Positions 10,864 to 20,016 of a stretch of DNA of 64,000 bases are shown piece after piece. The stretch lies in contig JBLNCL010000016.1 in NCBI GenBank assembly GCA_050260635.1, positions 116,809 through 180,808 of the forward strand. Direction: 5' to 3'. Origin of the DNA: Betaproteobacteria bacterium. Its GTDB lineage: Bacteria > Bacillota > UBA5301 > DYFA01. Position 1 is the stretch's first letter, and each line of letters opens with the position of its first letter. The position numbers were made by a program, and so were the translations under genes. The notes under the pieces were generated by a model that did no database searches, had not been told where the DNA came from, and worked only from the letters and a program-made list of their open reading frames with translations.

Positions 10864-12645
10864 GTGACAGGTTTGAGCATTGGGGACCTGGGTAAGAAGA
10901 CTCTGGCCGAATTGAGGGACATCGGGAAGCGGATCGGCATCAAGGGCGTCACCCGGATGCACAAGGCGGAGTTGGTGGAGGCTATCGGCAAGGTGGTTTC
11001 GGAGCACGCCGAACGGCGGCGGGCCGATGCGGCCCAGAACAACGGCCGGGAGGCAACTGCCCCCGTCGCACCTCCCGTACCTCCGGCGCCCACTCTGACT
11101 CCGCCCGTTTCGACTCCGGTGGTGCGGGTATCGCCCCCCGCAGGAGCTTCGGCTGCGAACGGAGGGCGCCCGGGCGGGCCGCTACCTCGGCGGAGGGGAC
11201 GTCCACCCAAGGCGCAAGGGGTCGAGTTGGCCCGCCGAGGTCCTCGGCCGCTGGGCCCCGCTGGTGCCCCCAACCTCGTATCTTCAACCCCACCCCACCC
11301 CCAACCGCAACCTCAATCATCCGCTGCCCTGGCAGCGGTGAACGGTGCCGCCGCACGAGCTCCCGTCGTCGCACCGCCCCCCGTGACCGTGCCGGCCACT
11401 CTCGTCCAGACCGAGGGCCAGCTGCCGCGGCCGCAGGAGTACACCATCGAAGCGCCGGCGCCTGCCGAGGGGGGAGGGGAGCACTCCCCCGAGCGATATG
11501 GCCAGGGGATCCTGGAAGTCCTCCCCGACGGCTACGGTTTCCTGCGCTCCTCGAGCTACGTCCCGGGTTCCAGCGACATCTACGTCTCGCCTTCCCAGAT
11601 CCGCCGGTTCTATCTGCGCGATGGAGACCTCGTCCGGGGGCAGATCCGGCTCCCGCGCGACAGTGAGCGGTATCCTGCGCTGCTCCGGGTGCTCTCGGTG
11701 AACGGGGCTGAGCCAGAGCGCATGATTCGACGGCCGAACTTCGACGACCTCACGCCGATCTACCCCAACCGCCGCCTTCACCTGGAGACTGACCCGAAAG
11801 AGGTGGCGAACCGGCTCATCGACATCATGGCCCCGCTCGGCAAGGGGCAGCGGGCGATGATCGTCTCTCCACCCAAAGCTGGCAAGACGACTCTCCTCAA
11901 GAAGATCGCCAACGCCATCAGCCGGAACCATCCTGAGGTCTACCTGATCGTCCTGCTGATCGACGAGCGTCCAGAAGAGGTTACGGACATGGAGCGCTCG
12001 GTCGATGGTGAGGTGGTGTCCTCCACCTTCGATCAGCCCCCGGAGAATCACGTCAAGGTGGCCGACATGGTCCTGGAACGGGCCAAGCGCCTAGTGGAGA
12101 TGGGACGGGACGTGGTGATCCTCCTCGACTCGATCACGCGCCTGGCCCGGGCTCATAACCTGGTCGTGGCGCCGAGCGGCCGGACGCTCTCGGGCGGCGT
12201 GGATCCAGCCGCCCTCCACCGGCCAAAGCGCTTCTTCGGCGCGGCGCGAAACTTCGAAGAGGGCGGATCCCTCACCATCCTGGCCACGGCGCTCATCGAG
12301 ACGGGCAGCCGAATGGACGACGTGATTTTTGAGGAGTTCAAGGGAACCGGCAATTCCGAGATCCACCTCGACCGGAAGTTGGCCGAGCGGCGCATTTTCC
12401 CGGCCGTGGACATCTACAAGTCCGGCACGCGGAAAGAGGAGCTGCTCCTTGATCCGGAGGAGATGGAGATGATGTACATCCTCCGCAAGGTGCTGGCCTC
12501 GTTGGGTCCGGCCGAGACGACGGAGCTTCTGCTCGACCGCCTGACCAAGACCAAGACCAACAAAGAGCTGGCCCAGATCGTGATCAAATCCTCCTTTGCC
12601 GAAAACCTCCGGGCGGCCCGGTCCGATGAGCGTTACTCGGGCTGA
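10864..12645 (+). CDS. rho: Transcription termination factor Rho with a long N-terminal insertion
   Basis: Rho_N-like helix ([28 protein letters not shown]), CSD-like [14 protein letters not shown], Walker [10 protein letters not shown]. 593 aa versus the usual ~420. The true start may be TTG 10873, which has better SD spacing. Confidence 0.93.
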   Translation: MTGLSIGDLGKKTLAELRDIGKRIGIKGVTRMHKAELVEAIGKVVSEHAERRRADAAQNNGREATAPVAPPVPPAPTLTPPVSTPVVRVSPPAGASAANGGRPGGPLPRRRGRPPKAQGVELARRGPRPLGPAGAPNLVSSTPPHPQPQPQSSAALAAVNGAAARAPVVAPPPVTVPATLVQTEGQLPRPQEYTIEAPAPAEGGGEHSPERYGQGILEVLPDGYGFLRSSSYVPGSSDIYVSPSQIRRFYLRDGDLVRGQIRLPRDSERYPALLRVLSVNGAEPERMIRRPNFDDLTPIYPNRRLHLETDPKEVANRLIDIMAPLGKGQRAMIVSPPKAGKTTLLKKIANAISRNHPEVYLIVLLIDERPEEVTDMERSVDGEVVSSTFDQPPENHVKVADMVLERAKRLVEMGRDVVILLDSITRLARAHNLVVAPSGRTLSGGVDPAALHRPKRFFGAARNFEEGGSLTILATALIETGSRMDDVIFEEFKGTGNSEIHLDRKLAERRIFPAVDIYKSGTRKEELLLDPEEMEMMYILRKVLASLGPAETTELLLDRLTKTKTNKELAQIVIKSSFAENLRAARSDERYSG

Positions 12646-12687
12646 GCGGAAGCGTCTTGCGGGAAAACGATTGGCAATGGAAGGAAT

Positions 12688-13752
12688 ATGGGGCGCAGGG
12701 GAAGAATAGCCAAGAGCCAACATGCGCAAGGTGAGACGCCAGTGACCAGTTGGTTCAATTACTTCCGGCATCCGCTGGTTATCCTCGCTCTGTCCGTCCT
12801 GTCGGCCGTGGCCGTGGCTGGTTTGGCTGCGCCGCGGCTTCCGGGAGACTTGACCGCGCCCAGCGGGGAGAGCCGGGTCGAGGCGGCGCTGCCCTTTTCT
12901 GCAGCACCCCTGACCCCACAAGGCGAGACCTTTCCGGTGAGCCCGGTCGTCCGGCCGTCCTCTGGGGCGGCGAGCACCCGCCCGGAGGTGGCGGTGCGGG
13001 CTATCGACCCGCGGCTTGCCGGAGCAGCCCGTCTGCGCATCCTGACGCACACGGTGGCGGAAGGCGAGACTCTCGCCTCGATTGCCGCCCGCTATAAGTC
13101 AGACCCCGACACCCTGGAGGGACTCAACCCCGACCTTCTTCCCGACCGCTTGCGCCCTGGTCAGAAGATTAAGGTCATGACCGGACGGGGGGCCGTCTAC
13201 ACCGTGCGGAAGGGGGAGACGCTGGCCGTCATCGCCAAGCGGTTCTGGGTGGCGGAGACCAAGATCAGGGCGGCCAACGGGCTCCTGGAAGATGAGCCGG
13301 TAAAGCCGGGGCAGCAGATCATCCTGCCGGGGATCAAGCCCCGCCGGCGCGACGACTGGCTCGCCTCCCGGGGCCTGGGCCCTCTCTACCTGAGCTGGCC
13401 CACCCGGGGCTGGATCAGTTCCCGGTTCGGACCTCGTTGGGGCCGGGTGCATCAGGGCATCGACATCGCCACCTTCTGGGGGAACAAAGTGCACGCCTCG
13501 GCCCCCGGACGGGTGGAGTTCGCGGGCTGGCGGGCGGGTTACGGGCGTTTGATCATCCTGGACCACGGGCGCGGAACCCGCACCTGGTACGCCCATAACT
13601 CCCGCCTGCTGGTGCGACCCGGGGAAGTCGTCGAACGGGGTCAGACCATCGCCTTGTCCGGCAGTTCCGGTTCGTCCACCGGTCCTCACCTGCATTTCGA
13701 GGTGCGAGTCGACGGGCGGCCCGAGAACCCCTTGTCTCTATTGCGCCGGTAG
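12688..13752 (+). CDS. LysM-domain M23 family metallopeptidase (membrane-anchored)
   Basis: TM helix, two LysM repeats (HTVAEGETLASIAARY..., YTVRKGETLAVIAKRF...), M23 motifs HQGIDIA and GPHLHFEV. The start is uncertain (GTG 12742 is an alternative). Confidence 0.85.
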   Translation: MGRRGRIAKSQHAQGETPVTSWFNYFRHPLVILALSVLSAVAVAGLAAPRLPGDLTAPSGESRVEAALPFSAAPLTPQGETFPVSPVVRPSSGAASTRPEVAVRAIDPRLAGAARLRILTHTVAEGETLASIAARYKSDPDTLEGLNPDLLPDRLRPGQKIKVMTGRGAVYTVRKGETLAVIAKRFWVAETKIRAANGLLEDEPVKPGQQIILPGIKPRRRDDWLASRGLGPLYLSWPTRGWISSRFGPRWGRVHQGIDIATFWGNKVHASAPGRVEFAGWRAGYGRLIILDHGRGTRTWYAHNSRLLVRPGEVVERGQTIALSGSSGSSTGPHLHFEVRVDGRPENPLSLLRR

Positions 13753-13779
13753 CGACTCGCCGAAAGGAGGAGCACTCCG

Positions 13780-15105
13780 GTGGCTGATCCCGCCCTGCTC
13801 TACGCTGATCCCGCTGATCACATGCTCGACGAGCCGCAGCTGGTTGCGACTGGACGGTCGTGGGACTTCACCTATCCTTTGACCCCCGAAGACCTGATTC
13901 CCCTGCCGGACGGGGCGACTCTGGTGAGCCTGCCGGGGCGGCCGCCAGTCGGGCAGGACCCGGTCACGGGCGAGTTGTTGGAGGTGGCAGTGGAGGGCGC
14001 TGACGACCAGCTTAGCGCGGTGGGGGCCCTCCTCCCCCAGGGGTATACCCGCCTCCACCTTCCCGGGTACGGCAACCTGGAAAAAGGCACACCCGCTCTG
14101 CCACTGCCACTGTTTGGCTATACCGCCGTGGCCTGGCACCGGGGCGGGTTTGCCGTGGCCGCCGTTCAGACCGATCCGCCCGAGGCGGCAGAGAAGTGGA
14201 ACCCGGTTCACTATAACCGGCCCTCGCTGCCGCAGAAGGTGGCCGCCCTACAGCGGGAGTTTCCCCAGAACCGGCTGGTGCCGCACCTGGCCCGCTGCGC
14301 CTTGGAATACCACTGCTTCACCGCTCAGAACCTCTTCCACCGGCGGTGGGAGGCGGGCATTCCGGTATCACCGGCCTGCAATGCCGGGTGTGTCGGCTGC
14401 CTCTCGCACCAGGAGCCGGGGGGCGCCCCGTCTCCGCAGGACCGGATAGACTTCGTGCCGACTCCGGAGGAGATCGCCGAGTTGGCGGTGGCCCACTTGA
14501 AGAAGGCTCCGGACGCCATCGTCTCCTTCGGGCAGGGGTGCGAGGGGGAGCCCTCGCTCCAGGCGGACATCCTGGTCGAGGCCATCCGGCTCATCCGAAA
14601 AGAGACGGGGCGGGGGACAATCAACCTGAACAGCAACGCCGGGAACACAGAGGCGGTTGGCCGGATCGTCGAGGCCGGCCTTGACTCGCTGCGGGTCACC
14701 CTAATCTCTGCTCGCCCGGCGGTCTACCAGGCCTACCACCGTCCGGCGGGGTTCACCCTGGGGGATGTTGAGGCCTCCATCCGTCTGGCCCGTCAGGCGG
14801 GGGTCTATGTCTCCCTCAATCTCTTGGCCTTTCCCGGCCTGACCGACCGGCCGGACGAGGTCGCCGCCTTGAAGGAGTTCATCAGGGCAAACGGAATAAA
14901 CCTGGTACAACTGCGCAACCTCAACTTGGACCCCGAAGTGCTGGTCCGCCTCCTTCCTCCGCCTCAGGGGGAGCTGCTGGGCGTGCGACGGTTGATTGAG
15001 GAGCTGAAGTCGCTCCCCGGGGTTGAGGTGGGGAACTCCTCCCGCCCGGTGGGACGCCGATCCGCTCAGGCCGGGTCCGGGGCCAAGGGCTCGCCGGCCA
15101 ACTAG
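13780..15105 (+). CDS. Radical SAM protein of unknown function with a ~200-aa N-terminal extension
   Basis: CX3CX2C motif (CNAGCVGC). AAAGGAGG lies 9 nt upstream of the GTG start. Confidence 0.8.
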   Translation: MADPALLYADPADHMLDEPQLVATGRSWDFTYPLTPEDLIPLPDGATLVSLPGRPPVGQDPVTGELLEVAVEGADDQLSAVGALLPQGYTRLHLPGYGNLEKGTPALPLPLFGYTAVAWHRGGFAVAAVQTDPPEAAEKWNPVHYNRPSLPQKVAALQREFPQNRLVPHLARCALEYHCFTAQNLFHRRWEAGIPVSPACNAGCVGCLSHQEPGGAPSPQDRIDFVPTPEEIAELAVAHLKKAPDAIVSFGQGCEGEPSLQADILVEAIRLIRKETGRGTINLNSNAGNTEAVGRIVEAGLDSLRVTLISARPAVYQAYHRPAGFTLGDVEASIRLARQAGVYVSLNLLAFPGLTDRPDEVAALKEFIRANGINLVQLRNLNLDPEVLVRLLPPPQGELLGVRRLIEELKSLPGVEVGNSSRPVGRRSAQAGSGAKGSPAN

Positions 15106-15118
15106 AGGAGGGAAGACG

Positions 15119-15304
15119 GTGAACGAAGTCCAGATCGAGAAGCTGGCCTACGACTGCGGACTCTCCCCCGAACTGGTCGAGCAGTTGAAGGAAGAGGCCT
15201 GGCTGAAGTCGGAAAACGAGGGCGAGTACCTCATTCGCCTCGAGCGCATGGTCCGCTCGGCCATCGGCCCCAAGGGCCAGGAGTTCGACGCGGACCGGGA
15301 ATAG
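15119..15304 (+). CDS. Small acidic hypothetical protein (61 aa)
   Basis: GTG 15119 is preceded by GGAGGGAAG. GC-rich third codon positions. Lies 14 nt after the radical SAM stop. No family recognised. Confidence 0.4.
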   Translation: MNEVQIEKLAYDCGLSPELVEQLKEEAWLKSENEGEYLIRLERMVRSAIGPKGQEFDADRE

Positions 15305-15344
15305 GTGCAATTCCGCAGACGAATAGCGCTCACGATCGTCCTTC

Positions 15345-15373
15345 TTGTCAACCGTGAACCCCTGTGCTATAGT
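15345..15373 (+). promoter_or_regulatory. Sigma-A-type promoter for rpmE
   Basis: TTGTCA, 17-nt spacer, TGcTATAGT (extended -10), ~35 nt upstream of rpmE. Confidence 0.5.
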
Positions 15374-15406
15374 TATTGGCGTCGGCTTAGCCCGGGAGGT
15401 GAAAAC

Positions 15407-15616
15407 GTGAAGGAAGGCATTCATCCGCCGTACTACCAGACCACGGTGACGTGCGCCTGCGGTGCGTCGTTCAAGACCGGGTCCACCAAGCAGAACCTCC
15501 GGGTCGAGCTTTGCTCCAAATGCCACCCGTTCTACACCGGCGGCAAGGCGAAGATCGTCGACACCGGCGGGCGGGTGGACCGGTTCAAGAAGAAGTACGA
15601 GAAAGCGGCCAAGTAA
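15407..15616 (+). CDS. rpmE: 50S ribosomal protein L31
   Basis: [10 protein letters not shown]...CACG...[11 protein letters not shown] matches L31 type A. GTG 15407 follows a GGGAGGTGA SD. Confidence 0.93.
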   Translation: MKEGIHPPYYQTTVTCACGASFKTGSTKQNLRVELCSKCHPFYTGGKAKIVDTGGRVDRFKKKYEKAAK

Positions 15617-15630
15617 CCAAGGTTAGGTCG

Positions 15631-15662
15631 GAGCCCGGGAGGCGAACCCCCGGGCTCGTTTC
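15631..15662 (+). terminator. Hairpin terminator after rpmE
   Basis: GAGCCCGGG-aggcgaacc-CCCGGGCTC followed by GTTTC. The U-tract is short. Confidence 0.45.
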
Positions 15663-16733
15663 ATGCTTGGGGAGACGTCCATGGATCTCGCCAACAACTC
15701 TGCCTGGAGCTTCGACGGGGTTGCGCTGCACAGTCGGGTGGTCCTGGGGCCGATGGCTGGCGTCACGGACCTGCCCTTCCGCCTCCTCGCCTGGGAGATG
15801 GGGATCGGACTGGCCTACACCGAGATGGTTTCGGCGATGGCCCTGGTCTACCGAAACGCCCGGACGCAGGAACTGCTCCGGCGCGACCCGGCCGAGGGTC
15901 CGGTGAGCGTCCAGCTCTTCGGCCGGGAGCCAGAGATTCTGGCCCGGGCAGCGGCGCTGGTGCTCGAGGGTGGGAGCGGAGGCGCCCCGGAGCACGGACG
16001 GCCGGTTGGGCGGCCAGCGGCGATCGACTTGAACGCCGGTTGCCCGACTCCCAAGATCGTGAAGAACGGGGAGGGGGCTGCCCTGATGCGGGAGCCGGCG
16101 CTCCTTGGCGAGATCATCCGGGCGCTGGTGGCGGTAGCCGGGCCGCGGGGCGTGCCGGTCACGGTCAAGTTCCGGGCCGGGTGGGACAGCGCCCACCGAA
16201 ACGCGGTCGAGGTGGCGCAGGTGGCCGAGGAGGCCGGGGCGGCGCTGATCGCCGTGCATGGGCGAACCCGCGACCAGTTCTACTCCGGCCGGGCCGATTG
16301 GACCATCATCCGGGAGGTCCGGGAGGCGGTGCGCATCCCAGTGGTCGGCAACGGCGACGTCACTACCCCGGAGGAGGCGGTGGCGCTGCGGGAGGCCACC
16401 GGATGCGATGCCGTGATGATCGCCCGGGGGGCGCTCGGCAACCCCTGGCTTCTCCGGCGAGCCGCTGAGGCTCTGGCCGGCCGCCCCGTTTCTCCGCCGC
16501 CCTCCGTCGAGGAGCGGCTCTCGATGCTCCTCCGCCACCTCCGGATGCAGGTTGCCTACCTGGGCGAAGAACACGGCGTGCGAGAGATGCGCAAACACGC
16601 CGCCTGGTACCTCAAGGGTCTTCGCGGCGCTGGCCCGGCCAAGCAGCAGATCCACGCTGCCACCACCTTGGCCGAGGTAATCGACGTTCTTCGGTCTTAT
16701 GCCGAGTTGCAAGGTCTCCCCTTCGTCTGGTAA
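15663..16733 (+). CDS. dusB: tRNA-dihydrouridine synthase
   Basis: 356 aa. LGPMAGVTDLPFR, LNAGCP and HGRTR motifs of the Dus family. Confidence 0.9.
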   Translation: MLGETSMDLANNSAWSFDGVALHSRVVLGPMAGVTDLPFRLLAWEMGIGLAYTEMVSAMALVYRNARTQELLRRDPAEGPVSVQLFGREPEILARAAALVLEGGSGGAPEHGRPVGRPAAIDLNAGCPTPKIVKNGEGAALMREPALLGEIIRALVAVAGPRGVPVTVKFRAGWDSAHRNAVEVAQVAEEAGAALIAVHGRTRDQFYSGRADWTIIREVREAVRIPVVGNGDVTTPEEAVALREATGCDAVMIARGALGNPWLLRRAAEALAGRPVSPPPSVEERLSMLLRHLRMQVAYLGEEHGVREMRKHAAWYLKGLRGAGPAKQQIHAATTLAEVIDVLRSYAELQGLPFVW

Positions 16734-16744
16734 TATGTTCACAG

Positions 16745-16766
16745 AAGTGTGCACATCTGCCTGCCG
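16745..16766. promoter_or_regulatory. 9-4-9 inverted repeat, candidate operator upstream of the HTH gene
   Basis: ATGTTCACA-gaag-TGTGCACAT with one mismatch between the arms, 35 nt upstream of the 16801 start. Confidence 0.4.
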
Positions 16767-16800
16767 TTGCTCCTAGCAGCATCAGGGGGGAGGACCGACT

Positions 16801-17343
16801 ATGGAGTTCATACGGGTGGGCGATAAGCTCTTGAGCCGGGGGCGAATTCGACGGGCGATTGACCGCTTGCTGGAGTTGCGGGTGCAGGGGTATTCCCAGG
16901 CTGAGGCGGGACGGGTGGTTGGGGTGGACCGAACCTTCGTCTCCCGCCTGGAGACTCTCGGCGAAGTGGGAAAGGGCCCCCGGATCGCCCTTATTGGCTT
17001 TCCGGTCGGGAACAAGTCAGAACTCGAAGAAGTGGCCCAGCGGGAGGGGGTCGAGTACGTGCTTCTGCTCACCAACTCCGAACGGTGGGCTTACTTCGGA
17101 GAGCGGAACGGGATCGAGATTGCCAACCAGATCATGGAACTCATCTCCCAGATGAAGGAGTTCGACGCGGTGCTCTTTGCTGGGTCGGACATGCGGATCC
17201 AGTTGGCCGAGGCCATCCTGGGGGCGAAGGTGGTCGGACTCGAGCTGGGGACCTCGCCGATCGAGACGGACCGAAACGTGGACCCGGAGTTCCTGCGCAA
17301 CCTAATCCGCCAGCTCAAGGCGGGGAAGAAGCGCCAGGACTAG
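16801..17343 (+). CDS. HTH-domain protein with a C-terminal Rossmann-like domain (putative regulator)
   Basis: HTH segment GYSQAEAGRVVGVDRTFVSRLE, then an alpha/beta-like domain (PRIALIGFPVGN...VLFAGSD). Confidence 0.6.
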   Translation: MEFIRVGDKLLSRGRIRRAIDRLLELRVQGYSQAEAGRVVGVDRTFVSRLETLGEVGKGPRIALIGFPVGNKSELEEVAQREGVEYVLLLTNSERWAYFGERNGIEIANQIMELISQMKEFDAVLFAGSDMRIQLAEAILGAKVVGLELGTSPIETDRNVDPEFLRNLIRQLKAGKKRQD

Positions 17344-17367
17344 CGCCGTTGCAGGGAGGTAGGCAGC

Positions 17368-18267
17368 GTGAAGCGGATTGTGAGCGTCTCTCTCGGTTCT
17401 TCAAAGCGTGACCACGCCGTGGAATTGGAGCTGCTCGGTGAGAAGGTGCGGATCGAGCGAATCGGAACCGACGGCAGCATGGATAAGGCAGTCGCCCTGA
17501 TCAGGCAGTTGGACGGGAAGGTCGACGCCTTCGGGATGGGCGGGATAGACCTGTACCTGGTGGCGGGGCGCCGGCGCTATGTCATCCGGGACGCCAAACG
17601 GCTGGCCGCGGCGGCCGAGGTGACCCCCATCGTGGACGGGTCTGGGCTCAAGAACACCCTGGAGCGGCGCACGGTGAAGGAGCTGGTGGGGGGTGGCTTC
17701 CCGCTGCGGGGGAAGAAGGCCTTTGTCGTCTGCGCACTGGACCGCTTTGGCCTGGCCGAATCGTTGATCGAAGCCGGAGCGGAGGTGGTGATGGGGGACT
17801 TTATGTTCGCCCTCGGGCTGCCGATCCCCATCCGGAAGCTCTCCACGCTTCACCTGGCCGCCTCTCTCCTCGCTCCGGTGGCCGTGCAGTTGCCCTTCGA
17901 GTGGCTCTACCCGACCGGCTCGGCCCAGGAAAGCGAGAACCCCAAGTGGGGCCGCTGGTACCACTGGGCCGATATCGTCGCCGGGGACTTCCTCTTCATC
18001 AAGAAGTCGCTGCCGAAGGAAATCCCGGGGAAGGTCATCCTCACCAACACCACTACCCGGGGGGATGTCGAGGACCTGCGGAGGCGTGGCGTAGCGACGC
18101 TCATTACCACCACCCCGGAATTGGAGGGGCGCTCTTTCGGCACCAACGTGATGGAGGCCCTGCTCGTCGCCTTCAGCGGGAAGCCGCTGGCCGAGATCAC
18201 CGCGGCAGACTACCACGCCCTCCTCGACAAGTTGGGGTTCAAGCCTAGGATCACCTCCTTGGCGTAA
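17368..18267 (+). CDS. Conserved hypothetical protein (family often annotated quinate 5-dehydrogenase-like; function unproven)
   Basis: 299 aa. GGGAGGT SD before the GTG start. IVSVSLGSSKRDH...GMGGIDLYL pattern recalled from clostridial genomes. Confidence 0.6.
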   Translation: MKRIVSVSLGSSKRDHAVELELLGEKVRIERIGTDGSMDKAVALIRQLDGKVDAFGMGGIDLYLVAGRRRYVIRDAKRLAAAAEVTPIVDGSGLKNTLERRTVKELVGGGFPLRGKKAFVVCALDRFGLAESLIEAGAEVVMGDFMFALGLPIPIRKLSTLHLAASLLAPVAVQLPFEWLYPTGSAQESENPKWGRWYHWADIVAGDFLFIKKSLPKEIPGKVILTNTTTRGDVEDLRRRGVATLITTTPELEGRSFGTNVMEALLVAFSGKPLAEITAADYHALLDKLGFKPRITSLA

Positions 18268-18368
18268 ACCCAGGCAATGCCGGGGGCAAGATGAAATACA
18301 CGTATATCGATCTGGCCACTCCGCCAGCGGTGGGGTGAACTCGGATAGCCTGCGACGCAGGGTGGGAC

Positions 18369-19442
18369 TTGATGGAGGGTTTCGCCTACCTGGTGGCGCC
18401 GATCGAGCGGCGTGAGCGGCAGCGGTGGTTCCCGCTGGCCGGCTGGGTACCGGAGGCCCTCCTCGGACAAGCGGGGCGGTTCATCCCCTGGCGAATGCTG
18501 GTTGAATTTGGCCCCGGAGCAGATGATCCGGTCCCGGCGCCAGCGGGGGCGGTGGTGGGACTCGCGGCCACGGCCGAGGGGGTCCGGCGTTGGGAGGCAG
18601 CCAAGCGCCGACAACACCTGATCGGCCTGGTGGAGGAGCTGGCCGCCCGCGGCCTGCGGTTGTTCGGGTTCGGGCGGGGGTTCCCCTGGTTTCCGGGAGT
18701 GGCGGACCCGCTCCGGGAGGCCGTCGAAGCCGTTTACGGCGGAACCGCGGGCGGGGTGGTCGAGGAGTGGGCCGGGCGTTTGGTTGGGTCGCTGGCTGCG
18801 GCCGAGCTGGTGGCGGCAGCCCGGAACTGGGACTGCGAACGGGCAGAAGTCGTGCTGGTGGGCGGTGAAACCCCGGTGGGGCGGGTCGCCGCCCGCTTTT
18901 TCGCCCGGCGGTTTGGCCGCCTAACCCTCGCCGGCAACAGCGCACCGCTGACCCGCCTGGCTGGCCGCATCCTCCACGAGACCGGGACTGCGGCGCGGGT
19001 GACGGACCGGTGGCCCAGGGTGTTGGAGCGGACGGACCTGGTGGTGCTGGCGGCGCCGCTGCCCGCCGGGGCGGTTGAGACGCTGCGTCCAGAGACGGTG
19101 GTCCTTGAACTCGACGCCGGCGTGGATGGGTGCAGGGCCCGGGTGATTTCCGGGGCGCTGTTCACCTGGCCGGCTGGACGGCCTTCAGCGGGACTGCCAG
19201 GGGCGGTGTGGACTCCGGGAGAGGCCCTCGACCGCCCGCTGGTGGCAGCCGATCTGGCGGCATTGGCGGCGGTGGGGGCGGGAGCCGGGGCGGACCCTGC
19301 GACCAAGGGGGAGGAGATTCTCCGCTTGGTCGGGAGCAGAGAGCCGTCGCTCGGTGGAGCGTTGGCCCTCGGTGAGGCGTTGAAACGGGGTGGCTTTCGG
19401 CCGGCCGCGGTACTTGACAAAGCTGGAGCGCTGCTCTTATAA
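18369..19442 (+). CDS. Ala-rich hypothetical protein with a Rossmann-like segment
   Basis: 357 aa. VVLVGGETPVGRVAARFFARR resembles a dinucleotide-binding loop. Coding call rests on length, strand context and GC3. Confidence 0.5.
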   Translation: MMEGFAYLVAPIERRERQRWFPLAGWVPEALLGQAGRFIPWRMLVEFGPGADDPVPAPAGAVVGLAATAEGVRRWEAAKRRQHLIGLVEELAARGLRLFGFGRGFPWFPGVADPLREAVEAVYGGTAGGVVEEWAGRLVGSLAAAELVAAARNWDCERAEVVLVGGETPVGRVAARFFARRFGRLTLAGNSAPLTRLAGRILHETGTAARVTDRWPRVLERTDLVVLAAPLPAGAVETLRPETVVLELDAGVDGCRARVISGALFTWPAGRPSAGLPGAVWTPGEALDRPLVAADLAALAAVGAGAGADPATKGEEILRLVGSREPSLGGALALGEALKRGGFRPAAVLDKAGALLL

Positions 19443-19443
19443 T
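19414..19443 (+). promoter_or_regulatory. Consensus sigma-A promoter for greA, embedded in the 3' end of the upstream ORF
   Basis: TTGACA (19414-19419), 18-nt spacer, TATAAT (19438-19443). Confidence 0.5.
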
Positions 19444-19465
19444 GAATTGGAAATCGGGGGGTCCG

Positions 19466-19502
19466 CAAGCACTGAGAGCTGATTAAGCTGCTTCAGTGCT
19501 TG
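19466..19502 (+). promoter_or_regulatory. greA leader hairpin (possible attenuator)
   Basis: 10-bp stem CAAGCACTGA/TCAGTGCTTG with a 17-nt structured loop, between the promoter and the greA SD. Confidence 0.4.
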
Positions 19503-19536
19503 TTATAGTATCTAGGCGGTATGAGGAGCGGAGAGA

Positions 19537-20016
19537 ATGTCGGACAAAGAGGTGCTTCTGACTCCTGAAGGCCTCGAAAAGCTCGAAAAGGAACTCGAGT
19601 ACTTGAAAACGGTGGCCCGCCGGGAGGTCGCGGAACACATCAAGCAGGCCCTGGAGTTCGGCGACATCTCCGAGAACTCGGAGTACGAGGATGCCAAGAA
19701 CGAGCAGGCGTTTATCGAGGGGCGCATCGCCACTGTAGAGAAGATCCTGCGCAACGCGCGGGTGATCAACGAAACCGCTACCCAGAAAAACGTCGTCAGC
19801 CTAGGCTCCAAAGTGAAGCTGAAGGACCTGGAGACGGGCGAGATTCACGAGTACTGGCTGGTCGGTTCGGCGGAGAGCGACCCGGTGAACGACCGGATCT
19901 CGAACGAAGCCCCGGTCGGCAAGGCCATTCTGGGGAAGAAGGTCGGAACGGTCGTTGACGTGGCCGTCCCGGACGGAGTCATCCAGTATCAGATCATGGA
20001 GGTCAGCCACCATTAA
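19537..20016 (+). CDS. greA: Transcription elongation factor GreA
   Basis: 159 aa with coiled-coil and FKBP-like C-terminal domains ([17 protein letters not shown]...[13 protein letters not shown]). Confidence 0.95.
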   Translation: MSDKEVLLTPEGLEKLEKELEYLKTVARREVAEHIKQALEFGDISENSEYEDAKNEQAFIEGRIATVEKILRNARVINETATQKNVVSLGSKVKLKDLETGEIHEYWLVGSAESDPVNDRISNEAPVGKAILGKKVGTVVDVAVPDGVIQYQIMEVSHH

